Below, piece by piece: positions 19,313 to 30,788 of a DNA stretch of 64,000 bases. How positions within the stretch are numbered: the first letter of the stretch is position 1; every line of letters starts with the position of its first letter. The translations under genes and the position numbers were made by a program. Under the pieces are notes generated by a model. That model had not been told where the DNA came from. It ran no database searches and saw nothing but the letters and a program-made list of their open reading frames with translations. The stretch is taken from the NCBI GenBank assembly GCA_963664405.1, contig OY761158.1:3136001-3200000 (forward strand), written 5' to 3'. The stretch comes from Thermoanaerobaculia bacterium (GTDB taxonomy: Bacteria > Acidobacteriota > Thermoanaerobaculia > Multivoradales > Multivoraceae).

Positions 19313-21162
19313 AGGGCGAGATGAAGCCGCCCCGAGGGGAGGACGAGGACTGGGTCCCCGAAGATGATGCGGTCATTGGTCGTGCCCTTCGCCGCTCGGG
19401 GTTGGCGCTCGTAGCGCTGGCAGCGGCGTTGGGCCTAGGCCTTTTGGCTGTTCGCGGTTGTCGCGACGCGCCGGTAGATCATGCGATCGAGAGCTCCGCC
19501 CCCGAGGCCGTGCGGCCGGTCGCCGAGGCGCCGAGCGCCGACTTTTCCGAGGTCAGTGAGGTCGTGGGGGTTGATTTCGTCCACACAAGCGGCGGGTACG
19601 GCCAGAAATTTCTGCCCGAGACCATGGGGTCCGGCGTCGCGATTCTCGACTATGACGACGATGGGGACGAGGATCTCTTCTTCGTCAACGGAACACGCTG
19701 GGAAGAGGCCCCCACCGAAGCAGCTGAGGGAGTGCCCGCCCTGTTCGAGAACGATGGCAGAGGAGGCTTCCGACGAGTTGCGGAAGAGACCGACCTGGGC
19801 AAGAGTATCTATGGCACCGGGGTCGCTGTCGGTGACTATGACAACGATGGCGATGTCGATCTCTTCATCGCGGCGGTAGGGTCCAATCGCCTGTTACGGA
19901 ACGACGACAGGGGGCGCTCCTGGGAAGACGTCACCCACGAAGCGGGTGTCGCCGGCGACGAGGAGTGGTCGTCGTCCAGTGCCTTCTTCGACTATGACCG
20001 AGACGGTGATCTCGACCTCTTTGTAGGCAACTATGTGCGCTGGTCTCCGAAGATCGACCTCGAGCTCGACTACAGACTCACCGGCATCGGGCGTGCGTAC
20101 GGGCCGCCGGTGAACTACCAAGGCACCTTTCCGGATCTCTTTCGCAATGAGGGGAACGGTCGTTTTGTGGACGTCTCAGCCGAGGCGGGTATTGAAGTAC
20201 GCAACTCTGCCACCGGGCAGCCGGTGGCGAAGACTCTGGGGGTCTCTCCGGTCGACGTGAACGGAGACGGCTTCCTCGACCTTTTCGTCGCCAACGACAC
20301 CGTGCGCAATTTTCTCTTCCTCAACACCGGCGAGGGCGGCTTCGAGGAGCAGGGCGAGATCTTCGGTGTCGCCTATGGTAGGGACGGCGATGCGACCGGT
20401 GCGATGGGAGTCGATTGGGGCCACTTTCGCAACGATGACGAGCTGGGGTTTCTGGTCGCCAACTTCGCCAACGAGATGAGCTCTCTCTACGTTTCGCAGG
20501 GGGATCCGACGCTCTACACCGACGAGGCCATCGTCGAGGGTCTGGGAGCTCCGAGTCGTCGAATGCTCAGCTTCGGAGTCTTCTTTTTCGACTACGACCT
20601 CGATGGCCGGCTGGACGTGCTGCAGACCAATGGTCACCTCGAAGAGGAGATCAACGCGGTCGATCCCAGCCAGTCCTATCGCCAGCCGCTACAGCTGTTC
20701 TGGAACGCCGGCGAGGACGGGCTCGTACCGCTGTCTGATGAGTCGCTCGGTGCGATGGCAACTCCGTTGGTGGGGCGCGCGTCGGCGTATGGAGACTTGG
20801 ACGGAGATGGTGATCTCGATGTCGTCGTGTCGCAAGCCGGAGGTGCGGCGCGAGTCTTCCGAAACGGTCAGAGCGAAGGTCACCACTGGCTGCGAGTGAA
20901 GTTGGTGGGCAATGCCACCTCGTCGAACCGCGATGCCATTGGTAGCTTGGTCGAGCTGGATCTCGGCGAAGAGGTGATGCGCCGCGGTGTGATGCCCACA
21001 CGCAGCTACCAGGCTCAGGTCGAGCTGCCGGTCACCTTCGGTCTGGGTGATCATGTGGATGTCGGGCCGTTGCGGGTGCTCTGGCCCGATGGCACCCGCA
21101 GCGAGGTAGCGGTCGAAGCGGTAGATCGACTGATGGTGATAGAACAGCAATCCGGAGGGTAG
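19309..21162 (+). CDS. CRTAC1-family FG-GAP repeat / ASPIC-UnbV protein
   Basis: Repeated D.D.DGD.DL motifs; C-terminal NRDAIG..V, SY..Q..LPV.FGLG and WPDG motifs. Confidence 0.9.
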   Translation: MKGEMKPPRGEDEDWVPEDDAVIGRALRRSGLALVALAAALGLGLLAVRGCRDAPVDHAIESSAPEAVRPVAEAPSADFSEVSEVVGVDFVHTSGGYGQKFLPETMGSGVAILDYDDDGDEDLFFVNGTRWEEAPTEAAEGVPALFENDGRGGFRRVAEETDLGKSIYGTGVAVGDYDNDGDVDLFIAAVGSNRLLRNDDRGRSWEDVTHEAGVAGDEEWSSSSAFFDYDRDGDLDLFVGNYVRWSPKIDLELDYRLTGIGRAYGPPVNYQGTFPDLFRNEGNGRFVDVSAEAGIEVRNSATGQPVAKTLGVSPVDVNGDGFLDLFVANDTVRNFLFLNTGEGGFEEQGEIFGVAYGRDGDATGAMGVDWGHFRNDDELGFLVANFANEMSSLYVSQGDPTLYTDEAIVEGLGAPSRRMLSFGVFFFDYDLDGRLDVLQTNGHLEEEINAVDPSQSYRQPLQLFWNAGEDGLVPLSDESLGAMATPLVGRASAYGDLDGDGDLDVVVSQAGGAARVFRNGQSEGHHWLRVKLVGNATSSNRDAIGSLVELDLGEEVMRRGVMPTRSYQAQVELPVTFGLGDHVDVGPLRVLWPDGTRSEVAVEAVDRLMVIEQQSGG

Positions 21163-21197
21163 ACTGCCACCCCAATGTTGCCGGCCGAGGAGGAACA

Positions 21198-21935
21198 ATG
21201 ATCGATCTACACTACTGGCCTACGCCCAACGGCAAGAAGGTGACGATTCTGCTCGAAGAGTGCGGGATGCCCTATCGCATCGTGCCCTGCAGGATCGGCA
21301 AGGGAGATCAGTTCTCCCCCGAGTTCTTGAAGATCGGCCCCAATACTCGCATGCCGGCGATGGTCGACACTGAGCCGCCCGGCGGCGGCGAGGCGATTAC
21401 GATCTTCGAGTCGGGGGCGATCATGATGTACATCGCGGAGATCGCCGGGCAGTTCTACCCTCAGGATCTGCGAGCGCGCTATGAGGTCCATCAGTGGGTG
21501 ATGTGGCAGATGGCGAACCAGGGACCCAAGTCCGGCGAGTGTGGGCACTTTCGACGGCTCAAGGACTCGCAGGGAGACCAGACCTACGCGGTGACCCGTT
21601 TCACCGACGAGGTCAACCGGCTCTATGGAGTCATGAACAACCGCCTCTACGATCGGAGGTATCTCGCCGGCGAGGAGTACACCATCGCCGACATGATCAG
21701 CTACCCGTGGTGCATGGGCTGGGAGCAGCAGGGCCAGCAGATCGACGACTTCGTGTACCTGAAGCGATGGCTCGACGATCTGGGTGCCAGGCCGGGGGTC
21801 GAGCGCGGCATGAAGGCGGGCTCGGATCTGTCCGCGGACTATTCGAAGCTCTCGGACGAAGAGCGGGTCGAGCTGCGCAAGATGCTCTACAACCAGCGCG
21901 CGCGGCCGGCGCCCGAGGGTGGGCTGCTAGCGTAA
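21198..21935 (+). CDS. Glutathione S-transferase (YfcG/YghU-like)
   Basis: WPTPNG.K, IFESGAI and YTIAD...YPW motifs; SD GAGGAG upstream. Confidence 0.9.
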   Translation: MIDLHYWPTPNGKKVTILLEECGMPYRIVPCRIGKGDQFSPEFLKIGPNTRMPAMVDTEPPGGGEAITIFESGAIMMYIAEIAGQFYPQDLRARYEVHQWVMWQMANQGPKSGECGHFRRLKDSQGDQTYAVTRFTDEVNRLYGVMNNRLYDRRYLAGEEYTIADMISYPWCMGWEQQGQQIDDFVYLKRWLDDLGARPGVERGMKAGSDLSADYSKLSDEERVELRKMLYNQRARPAPEGGLLA

Positions 21936-21999
21936 GCGGAGGGCTCCTCAACCCCCCCCTGATCGATGCCGGTAGCGGCTGACGGCAGGGAGTTGAGCC

Positions 22000-22119
22000 T
22001 GTGGTGAAAGCGTCCCACAGACCGTCCGGTAGCTCCTCGGCGGCGAGTGCGGCTGAGAGGAACAGAAAGAGCGAGGGCACTAGACAGAGTGTGGTCCATG
22101 GGCGGTTGCTTCTCGGCAT
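22000..22119 (-). pseudogene. Possible 5' remnant of a secreted-protein gene
   Basis: SD GGAAGGAGGA, ATG 22119 and a signal peptide (MPRSNRPWTTLCLVPSLFLFLSAALA-AEE), then low-complexity sequence running antisense into the GST gene. Confidence 0.4.
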
Positions 22120-22367
22120 CGAATCCTCCTTCCACGAACTGTCCCTCCGGCCCCCCGCGCGCCTAGTTGCGCGCCTGAGCACGGCCGCTATCGGCGATAT
22201 CCGCAGCAGATGTTCATGGTCCTACCCAGAACAGACGCAATCGGCGGGTGGGAACCGTCAGTGGAAACTCAAACGGCCGGACAACGATCCTCGGATAGCA
22301 GACGATCGGATGCGGCGCATGCGGCGACTGCCACCCTCTTGTCGGCGAAGTGGGGTGGTCCGCGAGC

Positions 22368-22844
22368 TTATGGGGTGTCGGGTGGCGTGCCGGTCTCTAC
22401 CCGACCCCACATATGGCCGCCGCCGAAGCCTGCATGGTGCCAGGTGCCGGCGTAGAAACCGTCGTAGAGCAAGACCCGAGCGCTGAAGGTGCCGAGCCCC
22501 GGGATGAGCTGATCTGTGAGCGTGATGACGGGGGTGTCGCCCGCCCACTCGACCGCAAAGGGCATGGGGATGGCAACGTCGTTGTCTCCAAAGCTCATGC
22601 TGGCGGTGAACAGCCAGCGGCCGTCTTCCATGCGCGAGATACGAGAAACCGTGTAGTCGTCCGCCTGCGGTTGGCTCTCACCATCGGCATTGGTGACGCT
22701 GAACTGCCCGACCAGACGGGCACCATTCAGGGTCTCCTCCAAACGGTTTTCGAGCTCCTCCTGCGATGTTTGTGCGGCGAGTGCGCACGTGGTGAGCAGA
22801 CTAATAGTGACAAAATAAAGGGCAGTGTGGTAGGGTCGCATCAC
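22368..22844 (-). CDS. Secreted hypothetical protein
   Basis: Signal peptide and a globular beta-rich body (WAGDTPVI, YAGTW.H...GGHMWG). Confidence 0.75.
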   Translation of the reverse strand: MMRPYHTALYFVTISLLTTCALAAQTSQEELENRLEETLNGARLVGQFSVTNADGESQPQADDYTVSRISRMEDGRWLFTASMSFGDNDVAIPMPFAVEWAGDTPVITLTDQLIPGLGTFSARVLLYDGFYAGTWHHAGFGGGHMWGRVETGTPPDTP

Positions 22845-22957
22845 GTTCTCCGGTTTCGGTCTGACGTTCGTGGATGATAGCCCAGCGGGTACGCTGATCC
22901 TCGGCCAGCCTGGGACGCCATGTTACCGTTTGGTCTCTCACTACGACTTTAGTTCCT

Positions 22958-23704
22958 GTGTCTGCAAAGAATCTACCAGCCATGGACCCCGCGCCCGTTC
23001 TCGAGGGCGAGAGTGACACTCAGGGGTTGCGCGAGGAGCGCGACAAGCTCGCCGTCGAGCTCGAGAAGGAACGACTCGACGCCCGCCTGGCGGACGAGCG
23101 GATCCGTATCTTGGAGCGCGAAAAGCTGGCGTCGCTACGAGATGCGGTGGAGGGCCGGGCGCTCCTCGAGGGGGATCTCAAGGAAGCCCTGACTGCGTTG
23201 CAGGGCGAGGTCGAGCGCAGAGAAGAGCTCGAGCAGGAGGTTGTCGAGCTGCGTGGCCTCCTCGAGGGCTTCATGGGCAAGAATTGGGAAACACTCACCG
23301 AGTCGGCGGCGGAGGCTCCGGCGCCGGTTGCTCGTTTTCGAAAGCTTCCGAACAGTGGCGGTAGTGCAAAGGCGAGGCCGGTACTGGTTCCTGACTTCGA
23401 CGCTCAGCCTGAGGTGCAGGCGGAAGAGAGCGACGAGGTTGTAGTAGAGAAGCCGCCCTCGCAGCTGAGCCGCGACGAGCTCACCGAAGCCCTCCGCGGC
23501 GGCGCGGAGTACACCGTGACCGCGGCCTTTAAGCGTTTCGAGCCGGTGAGCCGTGTGCATGTCATGGCGAGCGATTGGATCTACCGGTCCAGCGATCTCG
23601 AGAGTCTGCTCAAGCTCGCCGATGGTGCGCTGGCCGAGGAGGCTCTGCTCAAGATGCTCTATCTCTTTTACCAGCGCTCGTACTTGACCCTCTCGACTCC
23701 CTGA
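22958..23704 (+). CDS. Hypothetical coiled-coil protein
   Basis: E/L/R-rich heptads in the N-terminal half; start may be ATG 22982. Confidence 0.65.
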   Translation: MSAKNLPAMDPAPVLEGESDTQGLREERDKLAVELEKERLDARLADERIRILEREKLASLRDAVEGRALLEGDLKEALTALQGEVERREELEQEVVELRGLLEGFMGKNWETLTESAAEAPAPVARFRKLPNSGGSAKARPVLVPDFDAQPEVQAEESDEVVVEKPPSQLSRDELTEALRGGAEYTVTAAFKRFEPVSRVHVMASDWIYRSSDLESLLKLADGALAEEALLKMLYLFYQRSYLTLSTP

Positions 23705-23708
23705 TCCG

Positions 23709-23936
23709 ATGACGGCCCTCTCGGACGCGATCGCTTTCCTCGAGGCAGGCGACTGGGAGGCGGCTCATGTGATCGCCCAGGATGATCCGTCGCTCGGCAG
23801 TTGGGCCCATGGCATCGTGCACTTGATGGAAGGCGATCTCGCGAACGCGGGCTACTGGTACCGACGAGCCGGCCGCCAGCTTCCGGACTCAGCAGACATC
23901 GCGGAAGAGATCGCCGCGTTGAAAAAGAGCGTCTAG
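23709..23936 (+). CDS. Small helical hypothetical protein
   Basis: 75 aa, WEAAH..AQ...WAHGIVH..EGD..NA.YWYRRAG; starts 4 nt after the upstream stop. Confidence 0.75.
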   Translation: MTALSDAIAFLEAGDWEAAHVIAQDDPSLGSWAHGIVHLMEGDLANAGYWYRRAGRQLPDSADIAEEIAALKKSV

Positions 23937-24084
23937 AAGCCAGCGTCCAGGGCTCCCTACCTCGGGGGGGCGACGAGCCCCCTCTGGCCGGCGATGAGCG
24001 TTGTCTGCGCCGCAAGCGAGGAGCCCCAGGCAGGAAGAAGCGAGTAGAAGGGCACTGTAGCCGTTCATCCGGTCGATCATGTTT

Positions 24085-25725
24085 CTAGCTCGAATTCCGA
24101 AGAGAATGGTAGTACGCATCGAAGACATCCAGACGGTCCTTCCATAGCTGGTTGACGACTTCGATCTGATCTCCCAGATTGAGCGCGGCGTCGGTGCTCG
24201 TGTCGTAGACCGGCCACTTCGGGAGTCCCTCGCCGTTCGGATCCCCCGTCGTGGCGAAGTGGATCCAGTAGCTCGACATCGTGCGTGCCAGCTCGCGGTC
24301 GGTGTCTTCCCATGGATGGTTGAACGGGCCTATCTGGTCGCGCATCTCGGGCCCCTTGTCGAGGTTGTCGAAGGCGTAGAGAATCTCGGCGGCATGGTAG
24401 GTGCCGTAAGTCTCAGCCTCCTCCCAGGGGGGCACTCGTGAGAAGAAGTACATTCTCACTGGTTTCGATCCGGTCTTGGTCTGCAGGCGGGCCCAGGTTC
24501 TCATCTGCCATGCGAAGAAGCGGTCGGCCATGTTCTCGTAGCCCGCGACTTTGGCCTCGGCGCCGTTCGAAGCCGGATACACATCGCCGAACTCGTCGGC
24601 GAAATCGCCGTAGTTGTCGGCCAGCCACGTTTGGTAGCCGTCCAGATCCGCCGGCACAGCACCGGCGAAGAGTGCCGACCCCTCATCGGCATTGAATCCG
24701 ACGATGGTGTCGACGTCGTTCTGCTCTCCTGCCAAGAAGATGTCGTAGACGTCTTTCGGGAACACCCATCCGTCGGTGGTCGGCCCGAGCTCTCTCCCGG
24801 GCCCGGCGCTCACTGTTGCGGCGTAGATCTCCTCTGGAGTCTTATCGCGAAGGCCCTCAGCGTCGACCGCCCCGAGTTTCACGGCGAGAGCTTCGCCCTG
24901 GGACTCCGACGACCCTTTGCCATCAGTCAGCTTCGGCATCGTCGAGAAGATGCCACCGCTATGCCCGATGGCGCGCTGAAAGAGGCCCGCCGCCAGCGGT
25001 GTTGCGGTCAGGTAGTTCACACTCCACGAACCGGCGGACTCGCCGAAGATAGTGATGCGATTCACATCGCCGCCGAAGTGATGGATGTTCTCGTTCACCC
25101 AGCGCAAGGCCGCGACCTGGTCGAGGATCCCGTAGTTACCCGAAGACGGTGGATCGTTCTCTGCCGAGAGAGCGGGATGTGCAAGGAAGCCCATCGGGCC
25201 GAGCCGGTAGTTGACGGTTACCAGCACCACGCCTCGGAGGGCGAAGCTCTCGCCGTCGTAAGACGGCTTGCTGCCGCTTCCGGTACGCAGGGCCCCACCG
25301 TGAATCCACACCATCACCGGGCGCTTCTCGTCAGAGCTCTCTGCGGCTGTCCAGACGTTGAGATAGAGACAGTCTTCGCTCCTCTCGATCTCGCCGGCCC
25401 CGTAGAAAGAATCGGCGGGGGAGAACGGCTGCCAACAATTGGCCGAGAAGTCGTGCGCTGCCCGTGTGCCCTCCCACGCCGATGCCAGCTGCGGCGGTCG
25501 CCAGCGGAGATCGCCGACGGGCGGGGCTGCGTATGGAATGCCTCGAAAGCTCATCACTCCGGATTCGAGCCGGACGCCGTCGAGCTCTCCACCCGATACC
25601 CGCAATCTCTCGGCGCTACTCGAGGTGGGCGGAGACTCATCGGCCGGGCCCGAGCAGCCGGCTGCGACGACGGCAGCAATCGCGAAACAGAACGTCAAAG
25701 ACCGCGAAGCAGCAGCATTTCTCAT
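24085..25725 (-). CDS. Type-B carboxylesterase (PnbA-like) lipoprotein
   Basis: SEDCLYLNVW, WIHGG, GESAG and H..E motifs; lipobox VAAGC. Confidence 0.92.
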   Translation of the reverse strand: MRNAAASRSLTFCFAIAAVVAAGCSGPADESPPTSSSAERLRVSGGELDGVRLESGVMSFRGIPYAAPPVGDLRWRPPQLASAWEGTRAAHDFSANCWQPFSPADSFYGAGEIERSEDCLYLNVWTAAESSDEKRPVMVWIHGGALRTGSGSKPSYDGESFALRGVVLVTVNYRLGPMGFLAHPALSAENDPPSSGNYGILDQVAALRWVNENIHHFGGDVNRITIFGESAGSWSVNYLTATPLAAGLFQRAIGHSGGIFSTMPKLTDGKGSSESQGEALAVKLGAVDAEGLRDKTPEEIYAATVSAGPGRELGPTTDGWVFPKDVYDIFLAGEQNDVDTIVGFNADEGSALFAGAVPADLDGYQTWLADNYGDFADEFGDVYPASNGAEAKVAGYENMADRFFAWQMRTWARLQTKTGSKPVRMYFFSRVPPWEEAETYGTYHAAEILYAFDNLDKGPEMRDQIGPFNHPWEDTDRELARTMSSYWIHFATTGDPNGEGLPKWPVYDTSTDAALNLGDQIEVVNQLWKDRLDVFDAYYHSLRNSS

Positions 25726-25775
25726 GAGTCCCTCTACCCTACTCGCTCGCCTTGTCATTCGCCGCAGAAGCAAGG

Positions 25776-25810
25776 AAAGGGGGTCCGGCCTTTCGACCGA
25801 ACCCCCTTTT
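25776..25810. terminator. Intrinsic terminator downstream of tRNA-fMet
   Basis: AAAGGGGGT...ACCCCCTTTT hairpin 30 nt past the tRNA 3' end. Confidence 0.65.
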
Positions 25811-25839
25811 ATCCCAAGCGGCTTGCGCCGTTTTCTACT

Positions 25840-25916
<77 letters not shown>

Positions 25917-25962
25917 ACACTCACACTGCCCTGACGGGCAAGAGCGGATCGTTTCATAGCGC

Positions 25963-27549
25963 CTATTGGCTGTCAACGATTTGGGGGCGCGGGAAGTCAC
26001 CGAATCCTTCTTCCAACTGTGCCATGACTGCCAGCACGACATCCTCCCGCCAGGGGTTGGCAGTCACTTGCACCCCGATCGGCAGGCCTTCGGGGGAGGT
26101 GCCGCCGCGCAAGACGCCGGACGGCCAACCGGTCTGGTCGAAGACCACGGTGTAAGAAGCGTCTTCTATCGGAAACGGGCTCTCGCCCGGCTCGGGGTGG
26201 GGCTGCGCCGGATGGGCATTGACGGGCGAGAGCAGGACGTCGTAGTCGGACATGAACTCGAGGGCTCGACGACGCATACCTTCAAAGGCATTCAGATGGT
26301 CGACGATGTCGCTGGTCGCTACCTCCTGGGAGCCCTGCTCGAGTGCCTGCCGGTACCAGTTGTTCGCCCAGTCCTCGGGGCCGGTGCCAGCGGCTGCCAG
26401 TAGTCGGATCACCGCGGCGAGGCCCCCCAATCGCCAGAAGTCGGTGCCGAGCTGCGCGACTTCGGTCATCACCGGCAGCACGTCGGGCCGAACCTCTGCT
26501 CCGGCTTCCCTCATCAGGCTCGCCGCCTCCTCCACCGTGGCGATGGTCGCCGGGTCGGGCGTGACAATGCCGTTGTCGGTCATGACGGCGCAGCGCAGAC
26601 CGCGCACCTCGACCGACTCATCACCTCGAAAGTATGCCGGGGCGATGCGCGAGTCGACCCCGTCGGGGCCGGCGATCAGTGGAAAGAGGAGCGCCAGATC
26701 CTCGACGCGGCGCGCCATGGGCCCGACGTGACTGAGCCGATCGTTGAGAAGGCCCGGCGGCAGGCAGATGCCGGTTCGCGGAACGCTGCCGGAGGTTGGC
26801 TTCAGGCCGACGGTGCCGCAGCAGTGAGAGGGAACTCGAACACTGCCGCCGAGGTCGGTGCCGATGTCGAAGGCGGTGCCGCCGGCGGCAAGCAGGGCCG
26901 CCGCGCCCCCGCTCGATCCTCCAGGAGAACGAGTGATGTCCCATGGGTTGTTGGTAAAGCCGTGGACCCGGTTCCAGGTCTCGAAGGACAAGGTGAATTC
27001 GGGAGTGTTGGTCTTGCCGAGCAGAATCGCGCCGGCCTCGCGCAGCCGCGCGACCACGGTGGCGTCGGTGCTCGGCACGAAGTCCTTGCGGCCGAGGGTG
27101 CCCCAGGTGGAGACGACTCCCTCGGTGTCGAAGCAATCTTTGATCGTCATCGGCACGCCGTGGAGAGGTCCTCGGCTGTGGCCTCGCGCAAGCTCGCGAT
27201 CGGCCTGCCTGGCTTGCTCGAGAGCGTCGTCGGCAAGAGCGACCACAGCTCGAATCGTCGGATTCACTTCCTCGATGCGCTCGAGATAAAGGCGCACCAG
27301 GTCTTCGCTCGAGATCGCGCCGGCTCGTATTCTGCGAACCGAGGCTGCCGCCGAGCTGTAGACGAGCTCCATCTCATCCGGGAGCGCCTCTGCTCCGCCA
27401 TCGCTCACCGGCACTTCTCCGGCTTCCTGAGCCTCCCCGCAGCCAGTGGTGACGATAGGTAGAGCGGTCGCCACCGAAGCCACCGCGACGGCCAATACCT
27501 CGCGCCGTGAGACACCGGACCCATCGTCTCTGCTCTGTGAATCGTCCAT
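25963..27549 (-). CDS. Amidase-signature family enzyme, probable Tat lipoprotein
   Basis: PLHGVP.TIKD, GKTNTPE, SPGGSSGG and GTDLGGSVR.P motifs; SRREVL twin-arginine motif and TTGC. Confidence 0.9.
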   Translation of the reverse strand: MDDSQSRDDGSGVSRREVLAVAVASVATALPIVTTGCGEAQEAGEVPVSDGGAEALPDEMELVYSSAAASVRRIRAGAISSEDLVRLYLERIEEVNPTIRAVVALADDALEQARQADRELARGHSRGPLHGVPMTIKDCFDTEGVVSTWGTLGRKDFVPSTDATVVARLREAGAILLGKTNTPEFTLSFETWNRVHGFTNNPWDITRSPGGSSGGAAALLAAGGTAFDIGTDLGGSVRVPSHCCGTVGLKPTSGSVPRTGICLPPGLLNDRLSHVGPMARRVEDLALLFPLIAGPDGVDSRIAPAYFRGDESVEVRGLRCAVMTDNGIVTPDPATIATVEEAASLMREAGAEVRPDVLPVMTEVAQLGTDFWRLGGLAAVIRLLAAAGTGPEDWANNWYRQALEQGSQEVATSDIVDHLNAFEGMRRRALEFMSDYDVLLSPVNAHPAQPHPEPGESPFPIEDASYTVVFDQTGWPSGVLRGGTSPEGLPIGVQVTANPWREDVVLAVMAQLEEGFGDFPRPQIVDSQ

Positions 27550-27689
27550 CCTCCGACCCTCCCCATGGCGCTCCGCACTCACTACTCGCGGCCGGCTATA
27601 CGAGGCGGAGTGAGCCTATCTATTTGCTGTATTTGACTAGTGTAGCTTGAGTGGAGTTTCGTGTTAGCGATATCGTTGAGCGCGCATAG

Positions 27690-29283
<1,594 letters not shown>

Positions 29284-29293
<10 letters not shown>

Positions 29294-30699
29294 TCGTCGC
29301 TCTTCTTGGCTGCCTTGGCTCGGTCGCTGCGGGCCAGCGTCACCTTGAGGGCCGGTGGGGTTATGAGCGTGGTCACCATGACCATGATGACTACAGCCGA
29401 GAAGACCGAGATGTCGATGACCGGCTCTCCGCGGAGGATCAGCGACGCACCGATGCCGGCGAAGATGAGGCCGACTTCACCTCGCGGAACCATCCCCACT
29501 GCGATCGAGATCCGGTCGAGGCCACGCTCGAGGACGCCGAGGGCGCAGATCATCTTGCCGAGGATGGCGACCACGGAGAGCATGGCGGCAAAGCCGAGCA
29601 CTTCGAGGCGTCCGAGGCTGGAAAGGTCGACCTTCATGCCGGTGAGAACGAAGAACACGGGTACGAGAAAGAGGGTAATGGGGTGGAGCAGCTCCTCGAG
29701 CTGGTGCTCGCCTCTCTCGGTGAACTTCTCGTAGTGGACTCGCTCCAGGATGAGCCCGGCGGAAAAGGCGCCGACGATGGGCTCCAAATCGAGCACCTTG
29801 GCGAGATACGCGAGCCCAAAACAGAAGGCCAGGGAGAGTGCCAGAAGAGTTCCGGTGATACGCATTCGGAAGGCGAGGCGGAAGAGGCGAGGGGATAGCC
29901 ATCCGCCGAGGGTCAACGCGCCCGCCAGGAAGGCCACCGCTTTGAAGATGATGATGGCGACGGCGGTGAGCTTGAGAGCTTCGCCGGTGTTGGCTGCGGT
30001 GATGATCCCGGAAACGACCGCGAGAATGATGAGACCCAGTACGTCGTCGATGACGGCGGCGCCGAGAATTACCTTTGACTCACGAGCGGAGATCTTTCCC
30101 AGATCGGTGAGCACTCGGGCGGTGATGCCGACGCTGGTGGCGCAAAGGGTCGCGCCGACGAAGACGTGAACCAGAGTGTCGTAGTCAGGAAGCATCCATC
30201 GGGATACGCCCCAGCCGAGAAAGAAGGGGGCAACCACTCCCAGGGCGGCCACCAGCAAGCTGGAGGGCCCGACCGACATCATCTCTTTGACGCTCGAGTC
30301 CAGGCCTACTTCGAAGAGCAGAAGGATTACGCCGAGCTCCGCCAGGATGGCAACGCCTTGATTGGCCGTTATGAAGTCGAGTCCGCCGAACCCCAACAAT
30401 GCCAGGTTGCCGAGGAGAACGCCGGCCAGGAGCTCGCCGAGCACCGACGGTTGGTGCACTCTCTCCAGCAGTTCGCCACCGATCTTTGCCGCCGCCAGGA
30501 TGATCACCAGGGCGAGTAGAACCGGAACCACGTGGTTCTCGTGGCCGCCTCCGTGGTCTTCCTCGGCATGCTCACTCTCCGCCGCGGTCGCTTCACCAGC
30601 CGCATTCTCCTGGGCCGAAATCGGCTGGAAGGGCTCGCCGAGTGAGAGGAAGGTCAGGATGCCTAGAGCCAGGCATAGGTAGAGAGTGCGTCGGCGCAT
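29284..30699 (-). CDS. Cation:proton antiporter (CPA2 family)
   Basis: VLGELLAG, ATSVGIT, AAVIDD and PRGEVGL motifs; many TM helices. Confidence 0.9.
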
Positions 30700-30788
30700 A
30701 AAAACGGCTCCTGTCTGGGTGAGTCGAGGCCGCGATATCCTAACGCACCGGGTTCCCCACCTCCCTCTTCTCCTAGGTTCCAATAGAA

